DNA of 40,107 bases from Candidatus Oleincola secundus (GTDB taxonomy: Bacteria; Atribacterota; Phoenicimicrobiia; Phoenicimicrobiales; Stramentimicrobiaceae), in assembly GCA_018400815.1 (NCBI GenBank), contig JAGYLS010000010.1, positions 1 through 40,107 of the forward strand, read 5' to 3'. Positions 27,271 through 36,728 of this stretch are shown piece after piece. A model generated the notes under the pieces. That model searched no databases. It saw only the letters and a program-made list of their open reading frames with translations, and had not been told where the DNA came from. The first letter of the stretch is position 1, and every line of letters starts with the position of its first letter. Made by a program: the position numbers and the translations under genes.

Positions 27271-28581
27271 CTACCATATTCCCATTGCTTTAATTAAAGC
27301 AGCATAGCTTGTATTATAATCATAAAGGGCGTTCAAATGATTAGTTTCTGCTTCTATTAAGGCACTTTGAGCATCGATTACTTCAGTGTTAGTAGCAATC
27401 CCTTCATTATACTTAACCTGGGCAATTCGAAAACTTTCCATTGAATTTTCGATTCCCTGCTCTGTCACCCTGATTAATTTTTCTGCTTCCTTCATATTCA
27501 GATAAGCAGAACGGACTTCAAATTCTACCAATTGCTCGACTTGTTTTCTGCTTTGGTCTACCTGGGAAAGATTTATTTCTGCCTGTCTGATTTTAGCATC
27601 ATTAATACCACCGTCAAATATAGGAACTTCTCCCATTACAGCAACCTGCCATCCTGATAACCCAGACTCCAAATTCATTACTATCTGGGGTTTTTTGCTA
27701 CTTTCTGCTATATCTACCATTCCTTCCATGATAATTCTCTGTTGCCCCACATTTTTGATTTCAGGCCGGTTCTGGATAGCTGCTTCCATTGCCTCACTAA
27801 AAGTAATTTCACAAGGCTCATAGGAAAGATTATTCTGGAGGTTAATCATAGTATCTAAATCAATCCCCATAATGGAATTCAGATTATAGACCGCTAATTC
27901 ATAGCCATTTTCAGCCTTGATTAAATTATGCTCCAGATTGGAAAGCTGTGATTTAATCCGGTTTAAGTCAATTGGTGCTATCATCCCTTCCTCTAATAGA
28001 GCCTGAGAGTTTTCCATATGAGCGTCAATTTGAGTTAATGCCTGCTCACTTACCTTAACAAGGCCTTCTGATTGCAGTACTCTATAATAAGCCTGGGTTA
28101 CTTGATAGATAACTTCTTGTTTTTTTTGTTCCAGTTCATTAAGGGCAATTGACTGATCTGCTTCAGCTTGTTCTATAAAAGATTCAAGTTTTCCCCCACT
28201 ATATAAAACTTTAGAAATACTTACTGAAATCTGGGGAATTCCCTGTCCAGTCGAGAAAAGATAGCTAAAATCACCTTCTATTATACTTTCCGGATCAGGA
28301 GCCTCATTCATTCTAATATAGCCGGCTTTTAGCTTAACATTTGTCTTTTTAGCTCCTTCTGCCTCTTCAGATTGTGCTTCTTTTACCTCGACAGAGCTTT
28401 GTGATATTTGGTAACCCAAATTCTTTTCCAGTGCAATTTCAATACACCTATCCAAATTCAAATCCAGTCTCTGAGATGCTAAGGTGCTAACCGAAATTAG
28501 TAAAAACAATATTATTGTCAATCCTATAGATGCAAATAAAATATTTTTTTTATTTTCCTTAACAGCTTTTAGCTTTTTCAT
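27271..28581 (-). CDS. TolC-family outer-membrane efflux protein
   Basis: 'LDRCIEIALEKN', 'VPIFDGG', 'YNEGIATNTEVIDAQ'; AAGGAGGT SD before MKKLK at 28581. Confidence 0.92.
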   Translation of the reverse strand: MKKLKAVKENKKNILFASIGLTIILFLLISVSTLASQRLDLNLDRCIEIALEKNLGYQISQSSVEVKEAQSEEAEGAKKTNVKLKAGYIRMNEAPDPESIIEGDFSYLFSTGQGIPQISVSISKVLYSGGKLESFIEQAEADQSIALNELEQKKQEVIYQVTQAYYRVLQSEGLVKVSEQALTQIDAHMENSQALLEEGMIAPIDLNRIKSQLSNLEHNLIKAENGYELAVYNLNSIMGIDLDTMINLQNNLSYEPCEITFSEAMEAAIQNRPEIKNVGQQRIIMEGMVDIAESSKKPQIVMNLESGLSGWQVAVMGEVPIFDGGINDAKIRQAEINLSQVDQSRKQVEQLVEFEVRSAYLNMKEAEKLIRVTEQGIENSMESFRIAQVKYNEGIATNTEVIDAQSALIEAETNHLNALYDYNTSYAALIKAMGIW

Positions 28582-28618
28582 AGCTAACCTCCTTTTTAAA
28601 TCCTTATAATCCCAAGTA

Positions 28619-28647
28619 AATACCGCACCCGCAAAGCGGGTGGCTTG
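28619..28647 (-). repeat. IS200/IS605-end-like hairpin (copy 3)
   Basis: CAAGCCACCCGC-TTT-GCGGGTGCGGTAT about 40 nt upstream of the tolC start. Confidence 0.6.
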
Positions 28648-28746
28648 CAATATTTCCTCTTTTTAGGACCTCGGGTAAAATATTTCAGGTAGTATATCTA
28701 TTGTCTTTATGGTTAAATAAAATCAAAAATATTACTAATCTTGATT

Positions 28747-29139
28747 TTAACGATTTTCTTTTTCTTCTTTTTTCATTTTTTTCCATACTAATAATGCTTC
28801 TTCGGGAGTATTGACAATGACATCACCAAAGACATGGGGATGCCTGCGAATAAATTTTTCCCTGGCACCATCTAATACCTGCTGATAATCAAATAGCCCG
28901 GCTTCCTGGGCTATCTGGATCTCCATTAAAATATCCATTAATAAATCCCCTAACTCTTCACAGAGATTCGGATAATCCTCATTTTCTACTGCCTCCTGGA
29001 CTTCCTGCGCTTCTTCAATAATATTGGGAACCATGGAATTTAGAGTCTGTTTTTTGTCCCATAAGCAACCTTGTGGACCTCTTAATTTATCAACAATAGA
29101 AATTAGTTCTGAAAATAATTCTTTTTCTTTTTCATGCAT
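28747..29139 (-). CDS. mazG: Single-domain MazG-family nucleotide pyrophosphohydrolase
   Basis: 'LRGPQGCLWDKKQT', 'EEAQEV...EELGDLL', 'KFIRRHPHVFG'. Confidence 0.9.
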   Translation of the reverse strand: MHEKEKELFSELISIVDKLRGPQGCLWDKKQTLNSMVPNIIEEAQEVQEAVENEDYPNLCEELGDLLMDILMEIQIAQEAGLFDYQQVLDGAREKFIRRHPHVFGDVIVNTPEEALLVWKKMKKEEKENR

Positions 29140-29375
29140 TTAAAAATAAAAACTCTCTTTCTTAAAATTTTGATGTGAATCCTATATTAACTATTATCAC
29201 TATTAAACATACTTATTATATTATTAAAAAATAAAAAGTGCTTTAAAAAAATCTAAAATTTTTATAAAATTATACATTTTATTGTTCTAAATTCAGGCGA
29301 ATTGAGCTTGAATTATATCAACTTTACAGCTAATACAATTATCTGTTCTTTACAATACTTTTATTTTTACTATAA

Positions 29376-29597
29376 TTAATTATTCAATTGCTGTTGAAAT
29401 TTTTGAAAACTTTTCTGTTTTTCAATAAAACTGTTTGTTTTCATAACAACAAATCCTTCATGATTAGGTCCGGACATAACCACCAACTGTTGCTGGGGAT
29501 TGATCTCCAATTCCTTCCTCAATTTTGCAGGAATTACGATTTGCCCCCTTTTACCAACGGTTACAGTGGTAAAGTAAAAATCTGTATTCTTGGCCAT
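29376..29597 (-). CDS. AbrB/MazE/SpoVT-family DNA-binding protein
   Basis: 'VTVGKRGQIVIPAKLRKELEI'; GAGGAG SD. Confidence 0.9.
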   Translation of the reverse strand: MAKNTDFYFTTVTVGKRGQIVIPAKLRKELEINPQQQLVVMSGPNHEGFVVMKTNSFIEKQKSFQKFQQQLNN

Positions 29598-29620
29598 AAT
29601 AACAGCTCCTCAAGGTAGAA

Positions 29621-29654
29621 ATGAACAATTTTTCATGCATTTCATACTTTTCAT
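29621..29654. promoter_or_regulatory. Putative operator: three TTTCAT repeats at 9-bp period plus one inverted ATGAA
   Basis: TTTCAT at 29631, 29640 and 29649; ATGAA at 29621; directly upstream of the AbrB-like gene. Confidence 0.45.
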
Positions 29655-29697
29655 GTTTATTGTTTTCGAAATAATTATATCACCACTGTCAATCATT

Positions 29698-32600
29698 TCA
29701 GCCCAGAAGCTTATCTAAAAAACGGCGACTTTGATATAAAATATTATTAGAATTGCTATCATCATTAGTAGATTCTGACAACAGCTTCAATTCATAATGA
29801 GAACCTCTCTTGTAATTCCTGATTAAAGAATTATAATCAATCCCTTTTATCTTACTCTTCAGTGGAGAATCGGATTCATATCTTATGAGAAAATATTGAG
29901 GTGTTATCCTAACCTGCGTAACTCTCTGTTTTTTTAATTTTAATTTTATATCAATAACAGCAATTAGATTTTCCACTTCCTGTGGATATGGACCATAAAT
30001 ATCCTTTAATCCCCTGCTGATATCATAAAGTTCAGCTACTGTTTTTACCTGGCTTAATTGCTGATAGTAGACTACTCTATTTTTTGAATCTGAAATATAA
30101 TAATCGGGAATATAGCTATCCAATTTTAGGTCTATCTCCGGCTCTTTTTCATATTCCCTTATTTCCCCGGACTCTAGTTGCTTTAACTCATCAATACTAT
30201 TCTCAAGAAGCTGACAGTAAAAATTAAAACCAATTTCACTGACAAACCCATGCTGTTCCTTGCCCAACAAATTACCTGCCCCTCTTATTTCCAGGTCACG
30301 CATTGCTAGCCGAAAACCTGAACCTAAATCACTAAATTCCCTAATTGCCTGTAGGCGCTTTTTGGCATTGTCAGTTAAAATATCCTTGGAAGGATAAAGC
30401 AAATAGGCATATGCTCTTCTGTCTGCGCGTCCTACACGACCGCGGAGCTGATAAAGCTGAGCCAAACCAAATTTATGAGCTTCATCAATAATAATAGTAT
30501 TTACATTAGGGATGTCCAAACCAATTTCAATAATGGTGGTGCAAACTAAAATATCATATTTTCGATTAAAAAAATCAATCATGATATTTTCCAACTGTTC
30601 TTCCGGCATTTGACCGTGAGCAGCAATAATACTGGCTTCCGGTACAATTTGGCTTAGCTTATAAGCAACATCATCAATATCCTCAACGCGATTGTGGACA
30701 TAATAAACCTGTCCGCCTCTTTCTATTTCGCGTCTGACTGCTTCTTGAATAATTCCTTCTCTTTTTTCCCTCAAATAGGTAATAATAGGTAAACGAAGTT
30801 CTGGTGGTGTATTCATGAGACTCATTTCTCTTACTCCAATCAAAGAAAAATAGAGGGTCCTGGGAATTGGAGTCGCTGTTAGGGTAAGTGAGTCAACCTG
30901 TTCTTTCAATTTTTTTATTCTTTCTTTATGGATAACACCAAATCGCTGCTCTTCATCTACCACCAATAATCCTAAATCATTAAAAACAATATCCTGCTGA
31001 ACAAGGCGATGAGTTCCAATAATTATATCAATTTTACCCTTATTCAAATCAACAATAATATCCCGTTGTTCCTTTTTGGATTTGAACCGAGAAAGCATTT
31101 CAATTTTAACTGGAAAAGGTTTCATTCTCTCACTAAAATTTTCCCAATGCTGCTGTGCCAGAATTGTAGTAGGAGCCAATACTGCCACCTGCTTGCTATC
31201 CATAATTGCCTTAAATGCCGCCCTGATAGCGATTTCTGTCTTGCCATAACCAACATCACCACAGATTAATCTTTCCATGGGTTCAATTGATTCCATATCT
31301 TTTTTAACATCTAACAATGCCTTCCCCTGGTCAGGGGTCTCATTAAAAGGAAAAGCCAGTTCCAGCTCCTGCTGCCAAACCGAGTCAGGAGAAAAGGAAA
31401 AACCCTTAATATTCTTTCGTTTTTTATACAATTCAAACAATTCCCGGGCTGTCTTTTGAATAGATTCCTTGACCTTCTTTTTAACTCTTTTCCATGAACT
31501 ACCACCTAATCGATAAAGTTTGGGTGGCTGCCCGCCCACTCCGATATACTTATGAACAAGATTCAATTTATCTATCGGTACATATAGTTCATCATCTTCG
31601 GCATATTTAATCAGGACGTAGTCTTTGCTCACCCCTTCTCTTGTTCTAGAATGGACCCCTGCATAGCGGCCAATGCCATGCTCAATATGAACGACATAAT
31701 CACCTAATTTCAGTTCATCAACATGACTAAAAGCTTTTCCTTGATATTTTTTAGTACGATAACCCTTATCTCTTTCCCTTCCAAATATTTCCTGATCAGT
31801 AATTACTATAAGTCGCAGGGAAGGAACAGAAAATCCATAATTAACCTGTCCGTAGCTCAAAGAAATATTATCGGGACTAATTTCCACTTCAACCAATGGT
31901 GTTATCTGATAACTATAAATATCGCGATCAGCAAAGATTTCTGCCATACGCATTGCTCTACCTTTATTACCAGTCAATAATAATATATTTTGTTTTTCCT
32001 GCTGCCATTTTTTTAGATCTTCAAAAAAAAGGTCTAATTGACCATAATAATTTCTGGCTAGTCTGGTATCAATTCCATAATTTGCTACACTTAGCTGTTT
32101 ATCAGTATTTTCCTCTTTTTTTTCTAATTGCTTGGGCTCTAAAATAAGTACTTGTTTCTTCTGATACACTAATTTTTTTATCTGTGTCCAATCCAAATAG
32201 TAATACTCTGGAGGCATAATTTCCTGATTACCATTTTTTTTCTTATCCCAATAGCATTTTGTACTTTCTTTTTCATATTCTTTAACTGTATTTTGGAATT
32301 TAGAATATTGCTGAATAATAATATCTGTTCCGGAAGGCAAATAATCAAAAAAAGAACTCGCCTTTACTTTTTTATTAATAGATATATCATTTAATTCTCT
32401 TTGTGGAAGAAGGGGTATCTCTTCTACCTGATTAATGGAACGTTGGGATTCTAAATCAAAGAAACGAATTGATTCAATATAATCACCGTTTAATTCAATT
32501 CTAATCGGATTCTCCTCGGTAAAAGGAAAAACATCTATAATACCTCCACGCTGGCTGAATTGACCCTGGTATTCGATCATATAGGAAGACTGGTAACCCT

Positions 32601-33129
32601 GATTAATCAGGTAATTTAGAAAATTTTTTGACAATAATTTTTCTTGAACTTTTAATTCTTTATATTGTTTATTAAAATCCCCAATAGGCATTATTCTGGA
32701 TAATATTGCCTTATAATTACTTATAATTATTAAGGGAGAAGGATGGCTATCTTTATCGGCAGAAGTATTTTTCTGTAATAAAGCAAGGGAACTTAAAACT
32801 TTCATTCTCTGTTCTATAATCAAGGTGTCCCGGTTGATATCCTCATATGGCAAGACTTCAAAGGAGGGAAAAATAAAAATATTTTTATTTTCCTGTAATC
32901 CGGTAAAATTAACAATGTCCTGAAAAAAATGCAAGGCGCTTTCTCTGTCATTCACAAGAAAAAGCAAAGGAGAGGTTTTTTCTTGTTTGTTTAGCAAAGA
33001 TGATATGAAAAAAGAAATGGCACTCCCCTGCAGACCATCAATATTCAGTTGTTTTTTTTCTTTTTTATTGAAATTCTGTAATAATTGTCTATAAACAGGA
33101 TTTTTATTCCACAATTCATTCAAATTCAT
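29698..33129 (-). CDS. mfd: Transcription-repair coupling factor
   Basis: UvrB-homology region, CarD-like 'GDYVVHIEHGIG', 'GDVGYGKTE', 'DEEQRFG', 'QLRGRVGR', TRCF C-terminus. Confidence 0.98.
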   Translation of the reverse strand: MNLNELWNKNPVYRQLLQNFNKKEKKQLNIDGLQGSAISFFISSLLNKQEKTSPLLFLVNDRESALHFFQDIVNFTGLQENKNIFIFPSFEVLPYEDINRDTLIIEQRMKVLSSLALLQKNTSADKDSHPSPLIIISNYKAILSRIMPIGDFNKQYKELKVQEKLLSKNFLNYLINQGYQSSYMIEYQGQFSQRGGIIDVFPFTEENPIRIELNGDYIESIRFFDLESQRSINQVEEIPLLPQRELNDISINKKVKASSFFDYLPSGTDIIIQQYSKFQNTVKEYEKESTKCYWDKKKNGNQEIMPPEYYYLDWTQIKKLVYQKKQVLILEPKQLEKKEENTDKQLSVANYGIDTRLARNYYGQLDLFFEDLKKWQQEKQNILLLTGNKGRAMRMAEIFADRDIYSYQITPLVEVEISPDNISLSYGQVNYGFSVPSLRLIVITDQEIFGRERDKGYRTKKYQGKAFSHVDELKLGDYVVHIEHGIGRYAGVHSRTREGVSKDYVLIKYAEDDELYVPIDKLNLVHKYIGVGGQPPKLYRLGGSSWKRVKKKVKESIQKTARELFELYKKRKNIKGFSFSPDSVWQQELELAFPFNETPDQGKALLDVKKDMESIEPMERLICGDVGYGKTEIAIRAAFKAIMDSKQVAVLAPTTILAQQHWENFSERMKPFPVKIEMLSRFKSKKEQRDIIVDLNKGKIDIIIGTHRLVQQDIVFNDLGLLVVDEEQRFGVIHKERIKKLKEQVDSLTLTATPIPRTLYFSLIGVREMSLMNTPPELRLPIITYLREKREGIIQEAVRREIERGGQVYYVHNRVEDIDDVAYKLSQIVPEASIIAAHGQMPEEQLENIMIDFFNRKYDILVCTTIIEIGLDIPNVNTIIIDEAHKFGLAQLYQLRGRVGRADRRAYAYLLYPSKDILTDNAKKRLQAIREFSDLGSGFRLAMRDLEIRGAGNLLGKEQHGFVSEIGFNFYCQLLENSIDELKQLESGEIREYEKEPEIDLKLDSYIPDYYISDSKNRVVYYQQLSQVKTVAELYDISRGLKDIYGPYPQEVENLIAVIDIKLKLKKQRVTQVRITPQYFLIRYESDSPLKSKIKGIDYNSLIRNYKRGSHYELKLLSESTNDDSNSNNILYQSRRFLDKLLG

Positions 33130-33272
33130 TTATTCGCACCTGGAAAAGAAAAAGCTTTGAAGTCATTCAAAGCCTAAAATATTTTTTTACGATATATAAT
33201 TGTCTGTTTAACATCTAAATAATCATATCATTCTTTTATCATAGATTGATATGATTAATCTATATTATTGAA

Positions 33273-34256
33273 TTATTGAGCAAGAATATTTGCTAATTCA
33301 TACATAGATTTTCGGAGTTTGTTTTTTTGAGAAAGGACTTCTGCCAGAGGAATTGTTTTAATTTCATTTCCTAATAAACCAATCATATGATGGTCATTTT
33401 TCTTTAATAATTGCTCTACAGCTGCTGAACCTAAACGGCTGGCTATAATTCTGTCAAAAGCTGAAGGAAACCCACCCCTTTGTAAGTAACCTAAAACTGT
33501 TACTCTCATCTCAAAACCTATTTTGTCCTCCATAAATTTGCCTATATCATAAACATCTCCTGCTCCCTCTGCTACCAAGACTATACAATGGGATTTTCCC
33601 CGCTGATAGCCTTTTTTTAATTTATTACTTACATCTTTAAGATTAACAGGAAACTCAGGAACAATAACATACTCCACACCACCCGCAATACCGCTCATTA
33701 ATGCAAGGTACCCGCAATTTCTGCCCATAACCTCAATAATAAATGCCCGACGATGAGATGAAGCTGTATCTTTTATTTTATCAATGGCTGAAATTACTGT
33801 ATTTAAAGCAGTGTCTACACCGATACACATATCTGTGCCATAAAGGTCATTATCAATAGTAGCCGGCAGACAGATAACCGGGAAACCTTCTAACTGATAA
33901 AGGTCCAGAGCACCAGCCATTGAGCCATCTCCGCCGATTACGACCAGTACATCAACCTGGCTTTCCCGTAAAATTTTAGCAGCCTTCTTTACTCCTGATT
34001 TTGTTTTAAACTCTTCACTGCGTGAAGTCATCAGGAGAGTACCACCATGTTGCATGATTCCACCTACACTTTTTAGGTTGAGTGGCAATAATTCCTTCTC
34101 CAATAGACCCTGATAACCGGAGTGTACTCCAATCACCTCAAGGTTATGGTAAATACCAGTACGAACAACTGCTCGTATAGCTGCATTCATTCCCGGGGAG
34201 TCTCCCCCACTGGTTAAAACGGCAATTTTATTAATCATTTTGTACCTATTACTCAT
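33273..34256 (-). CDS. pfkA: ATP-dependent 6-phosphofructokinase
   Basis: 'LTSGGDSPGMNAA', 'GGDGS', 'TIDND', 'EVMGRNCG'. Confidence 0.96.
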   Translation of the reverse strand: MSNRYKMINKIAVLTSGGDSPGMNAAIRAVVRTGIYHNLEVIGVHSGYQGLLEKELLPLNLKSVGGIMQHGGTLLMTSRSEEFKTKSGVKKAAKILRESQVDVLVVIGGDGSMAGALDLYQLEGFPVICLPATIDNDLYGTDMCIGVDTALNTVISAIDKIKDTASSHRRAFIIEVMGRNCGYLALMSGIAGGVEYVIVPEFPVNLKDVSNKLKKGYQRGKSHCIVLVAEGAGDVYDIGKFMEDKIGFEMRVTVLGYLQRGGFPSAFDRIIASRLGSAAVEQLLKKNDHHMIGLLGNEIKTIPLAEVLSQKNKLRKSMYELANILAQ

Positions 34257-34297
34257 TTTTATTTTTAAGTCGAAAGCTCATCATTGGTCAGATTTTT

Positions 34298-34876
34298 CTA
34301 TTCCAACCGATTGTATTCTCTCATGGCATATTCATAGCCAAAATCCATAATATCTTCTAATGCTCTAACCGCACGATCAATTATTTTTTCTAAAACTTGT
34401 TCTTCTTTTGGCAAAAAACGTGATAATACAAAAGATGGGTAGTCCATTTGCTGCAATAATAAATCATTTCTTATTCCAATTCTTAAACGGGGAAATTCTT
34501 CAGTTGCCAGGGAATTAATGATTGATTCAATACCCTTATGACCACCGGAACTTCCTTGTTTTCGTATTCGTATATTGCCCAATGAAAGATGAATATCATC
34601 ACAAACAACTAATAGTTCATGGTTAGAAATTCCGTAATAATTAATAATTTTTTCTACCGACCTACCACTCAAATTCATATAGGTCTGTGGTTTAGCAAAA
34701 ATAGTTTTTTGTCCTTTAAAGTGGTATTGCAAAAAATGGGAAGAAAACCCTTTTTTCCATTTTTGGTCTAAACCTATATTACGAATAATAAATGTTTCCA
34801 GAATCCTGAATCCAATATTATGCCTGGTATACTGATATTGTTTACCCGGATTTCCAAGTCCTACAAATAATTTCAC
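34298..34876 (-). CDS. pth: Peptidyl-tRNA hydrolase
   Basis: 'VGLGNPG...TRHNIGF', 'KPQTYMNLSG', 'SGGHKG'. Confidence 0.97.
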   Translation of the reverse strand: MKLFVGLGNPGKQYQYTRHNIGFRILETFIIRNIGLDQKWKKGFSSHFLQYHFKGQKTIFAKPQTYMNLSGRSVEKIINYYGISNHELLVVCDDIHLSLGNIRIRKQGSSGGHKGIESIINSLATEEFPRLRIGIRNDLLLQQMDYPSFVLSRFLPKEEQVLEKIIDRAVRALEDIMDFGYEYAMREYNRLE

Positions 34877-34915
34877 ACCATCACGACCTTGGCATTATTT
34901 AAGCTAAAATTGCAA

Positions 34916-35629
34916 TTACTCTTTCTTCTCTTTCTTCTCTTTCTTCTCGTCTTTTCCTTCTGCCTGTGCTTCTTTTACTTTATCTTCTACTTTCTCTTCA
35001 CCTTCTTCTGCCTCTTCAGCTTCTGCTTCCTCTTCTCCGGAGACTAATTCCTCTTCCTTAGTAGGAGCAACTACCGAAGCAATGGTGCGGTCTATATCGG
35101 TTAAGAGTTTTATGTCCTTAGGTAACTCAATATCCTGTAATGTTATAACATCATTAAATCCTAATTGGCTGATATCCACAGTAATAGCCTCAGGTGCATC
35201 CACGGGAAGACATTCTACTTCAATTTCCCTTAAGGAAATATCCAATATTCCTCCTTCTTTTATTCCCTTGGGCTCTCCTTCCAGTACAATGGGAACCTGT
35301 AAAGTGACTTTTTCTTTCATGGTAACACCATAAAAATCGAAATGATTGATTCTTTTCTGTAATGAGTCATATTGGAAATCTTTAATGACTGCTAAACGAG
35401 TCAAGTCTTTGGCATCATCTTTCTTTATTTTCAAATCAATTATTCCATGAGAATGTTTTTTATCAGACAAAAAATGATGTAATTCTTTTTCCGGTACTTT
35501 TAGTAAGAGATTTTCCTTATCACGGGGAGAATAAAGTACTCCTGGAACATAACCTGAATTTCTAAGTCTTTTATTCTCCTCTTTACCCTTTTTGTTTCTG
35601 GTTTCTACCAGTAATTTTTTTCGTTTCAT
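34916..35629 (-). CDS. rplY: 50S ribosomal protein L25 / general stress protein Ctc
   Basis: 'RLRNSGYVPGVLY', 'HFDFY', 'GIKEGGIL'; GGAGG SD before MKRKK at 35629. Confidence 0.95.
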   Translation of the reverse strand: MKRKKLLVETRNKKGKEENKRLRNSGYVPGVLYSPRDKENLLLKVPEKELHHFLSDKKHSHGIIDLKIKKDDAKDLTRLAVIKDFQYDSLQKRINHFDFYGVTMKEKVTLQVPIVLEGEPKGIKEGGILDISLREIEVECLPVDAPEAITVDISQLGFNDVITLQDIELPKDIKLLTDIDRTIASVVAPTKEEELVSGEEEAEAEEAEEGEEKVEDKVKEAQAEGKDEKKEKKEKKE

Positions 35630-35733
35630 ATTCGGCTTTCCTCCGCCTCTCTCCATTTTTTCTTTTTTGTTATTTTGCAATTTAATTGCATTATATTATT
35701 TATTTCAATTTTTCACCTGGATCATATAATCTT

Positions 35734-36696
35734 TTACCGAAACAATGCGCTTATAGACATATTTCCATGAATGCGCTTAATTGATTCTGCAAACAATTTT
35801 GCCACCGATAAAACTTTGATACATGGTAATTTTTTTCCCTCGGGAATAGGTATGGTATTAGTCACAATTACTTCCTGAAACAAACTCTCTTTCCAGTATT
35901 TTTCTAATCTATCCCTTGCTGGCCCAGCAAAGACCGGGTGCGTAGCACAGACATATACCTCTTTTGCTCCGGCATTCAGAACTGCCTGACTTCCCTTAAT
36001 AATCGAACCAGCTGTATCTATCATATCATCAACTATAACAGCGGTTTTATTATTAACATTTCCTACTATATGCATAATTTCCACATTACTATCAGATTCC
36101 CTATATTTATCAATAATAGCAATAGGTTTTTTTAAACGGCCGGCAAATTTTCTGGCTCGTGCTGTTCCTCCTACATCAGGTGAAACAACGACTACTTTTG
36201 ATAAATCTTTTCCTTTAACATAGTCGGACAAAATAGGTTCTGCTTCCAAATGGTCAACTGGTATATCAAAAAATCCCTGTATCTGTCCTGCATGCAAATC
36301 CATGGCTACAATACGATCAGCCCCTGCCTGAACTAATAAATTCGCAACTAGCTTAGCAGTTATCGGCTCTCTCGGACGGGTTTTTCTATCCTGCCTGGCA
36401 TAACTATAATAAGGCATCACAGCAGTAATGCGCTCAGCAGACGCCCTATGAAGGGCATCAATCATAACCAATAACTCCATCAGGTTTTCATGGACAGGAT
36501 GACAGGTAGGCTGTATTACAAATACATCACGTCCTCTAACATTTTCATCTATTTTAACATGTAATTCACCATCAGGGAACCTGGAAACTTCAGCTTTACC
36601 GAGTTCTATCCCTAAATGCGCTGCAATTTCCTCTGCTAATACAGTATTAGCATTTCCCGAAAATACCTGTAATTCTCTATGCGAATATGCAATCAA
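35734..36696 (-). CDS. prs: Ribose-phosphate pyrophosphokinase
   Basis: 'PYYSYARQDRK', 'DLHAGQIQGFF', 'IVDDMIDTAGS'; TTG start with AAGGAGG SD. Confidence 0.98.
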   Translation of the reverse strand: MIAYSHRELQVFSGNANTVLAEEIAAHLGIELGKAEVSRFPDGELHVKIDENVRGRDVFVIQPTCHPVHENLMELLVMIDALHRASAERITAVMPYYSYARQDRKTRPREPITAKLVANLLVQAGADRIVAMDLHAGQIQGFFDIPVDHLEAEPILSDYVKGKDLSKVVVVSPDVGGTARARKFAGRLKKPIAIIDKYRESDSNVEIMHIVGNVNNKTAVIVDDMIDTAGSIIKGSQAVLNAGAKEVYVCATHPVFAGPARDRLEKYWKESLFQEVIVTNTIPIPEGKKLPCIKVLSVAKLFAESIKRIHGNMSISALFR

Positions 36697-36728
36697 GTCT
36701 TTGCCTCCTTAAATATTATAACATAAAC

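Noticed and set aside
28582..28650. N-terminal extension of TolC (MQATRFAGAV...) and apparent ATR(Y/F)AGA peptide conservation in three copies
   Set aside because: The peptide similarity follows from the DNA palindrome; the strong SD precedes the ATG at 28581.
28747..29139. mazG as a truncated pseudogene
   Set aside because: It encodes one complete MazG domain with intact EE/EELGD motifs; single-domain MazG proteins are known.
29674..29692. TTGACA and TATAAT hexamers upstream of the AbrB-like gene
   Set aside because: Only 7 nt apart, so not a -35/-10 pair; the TGaTATAAT may still work alone as an extended -10.
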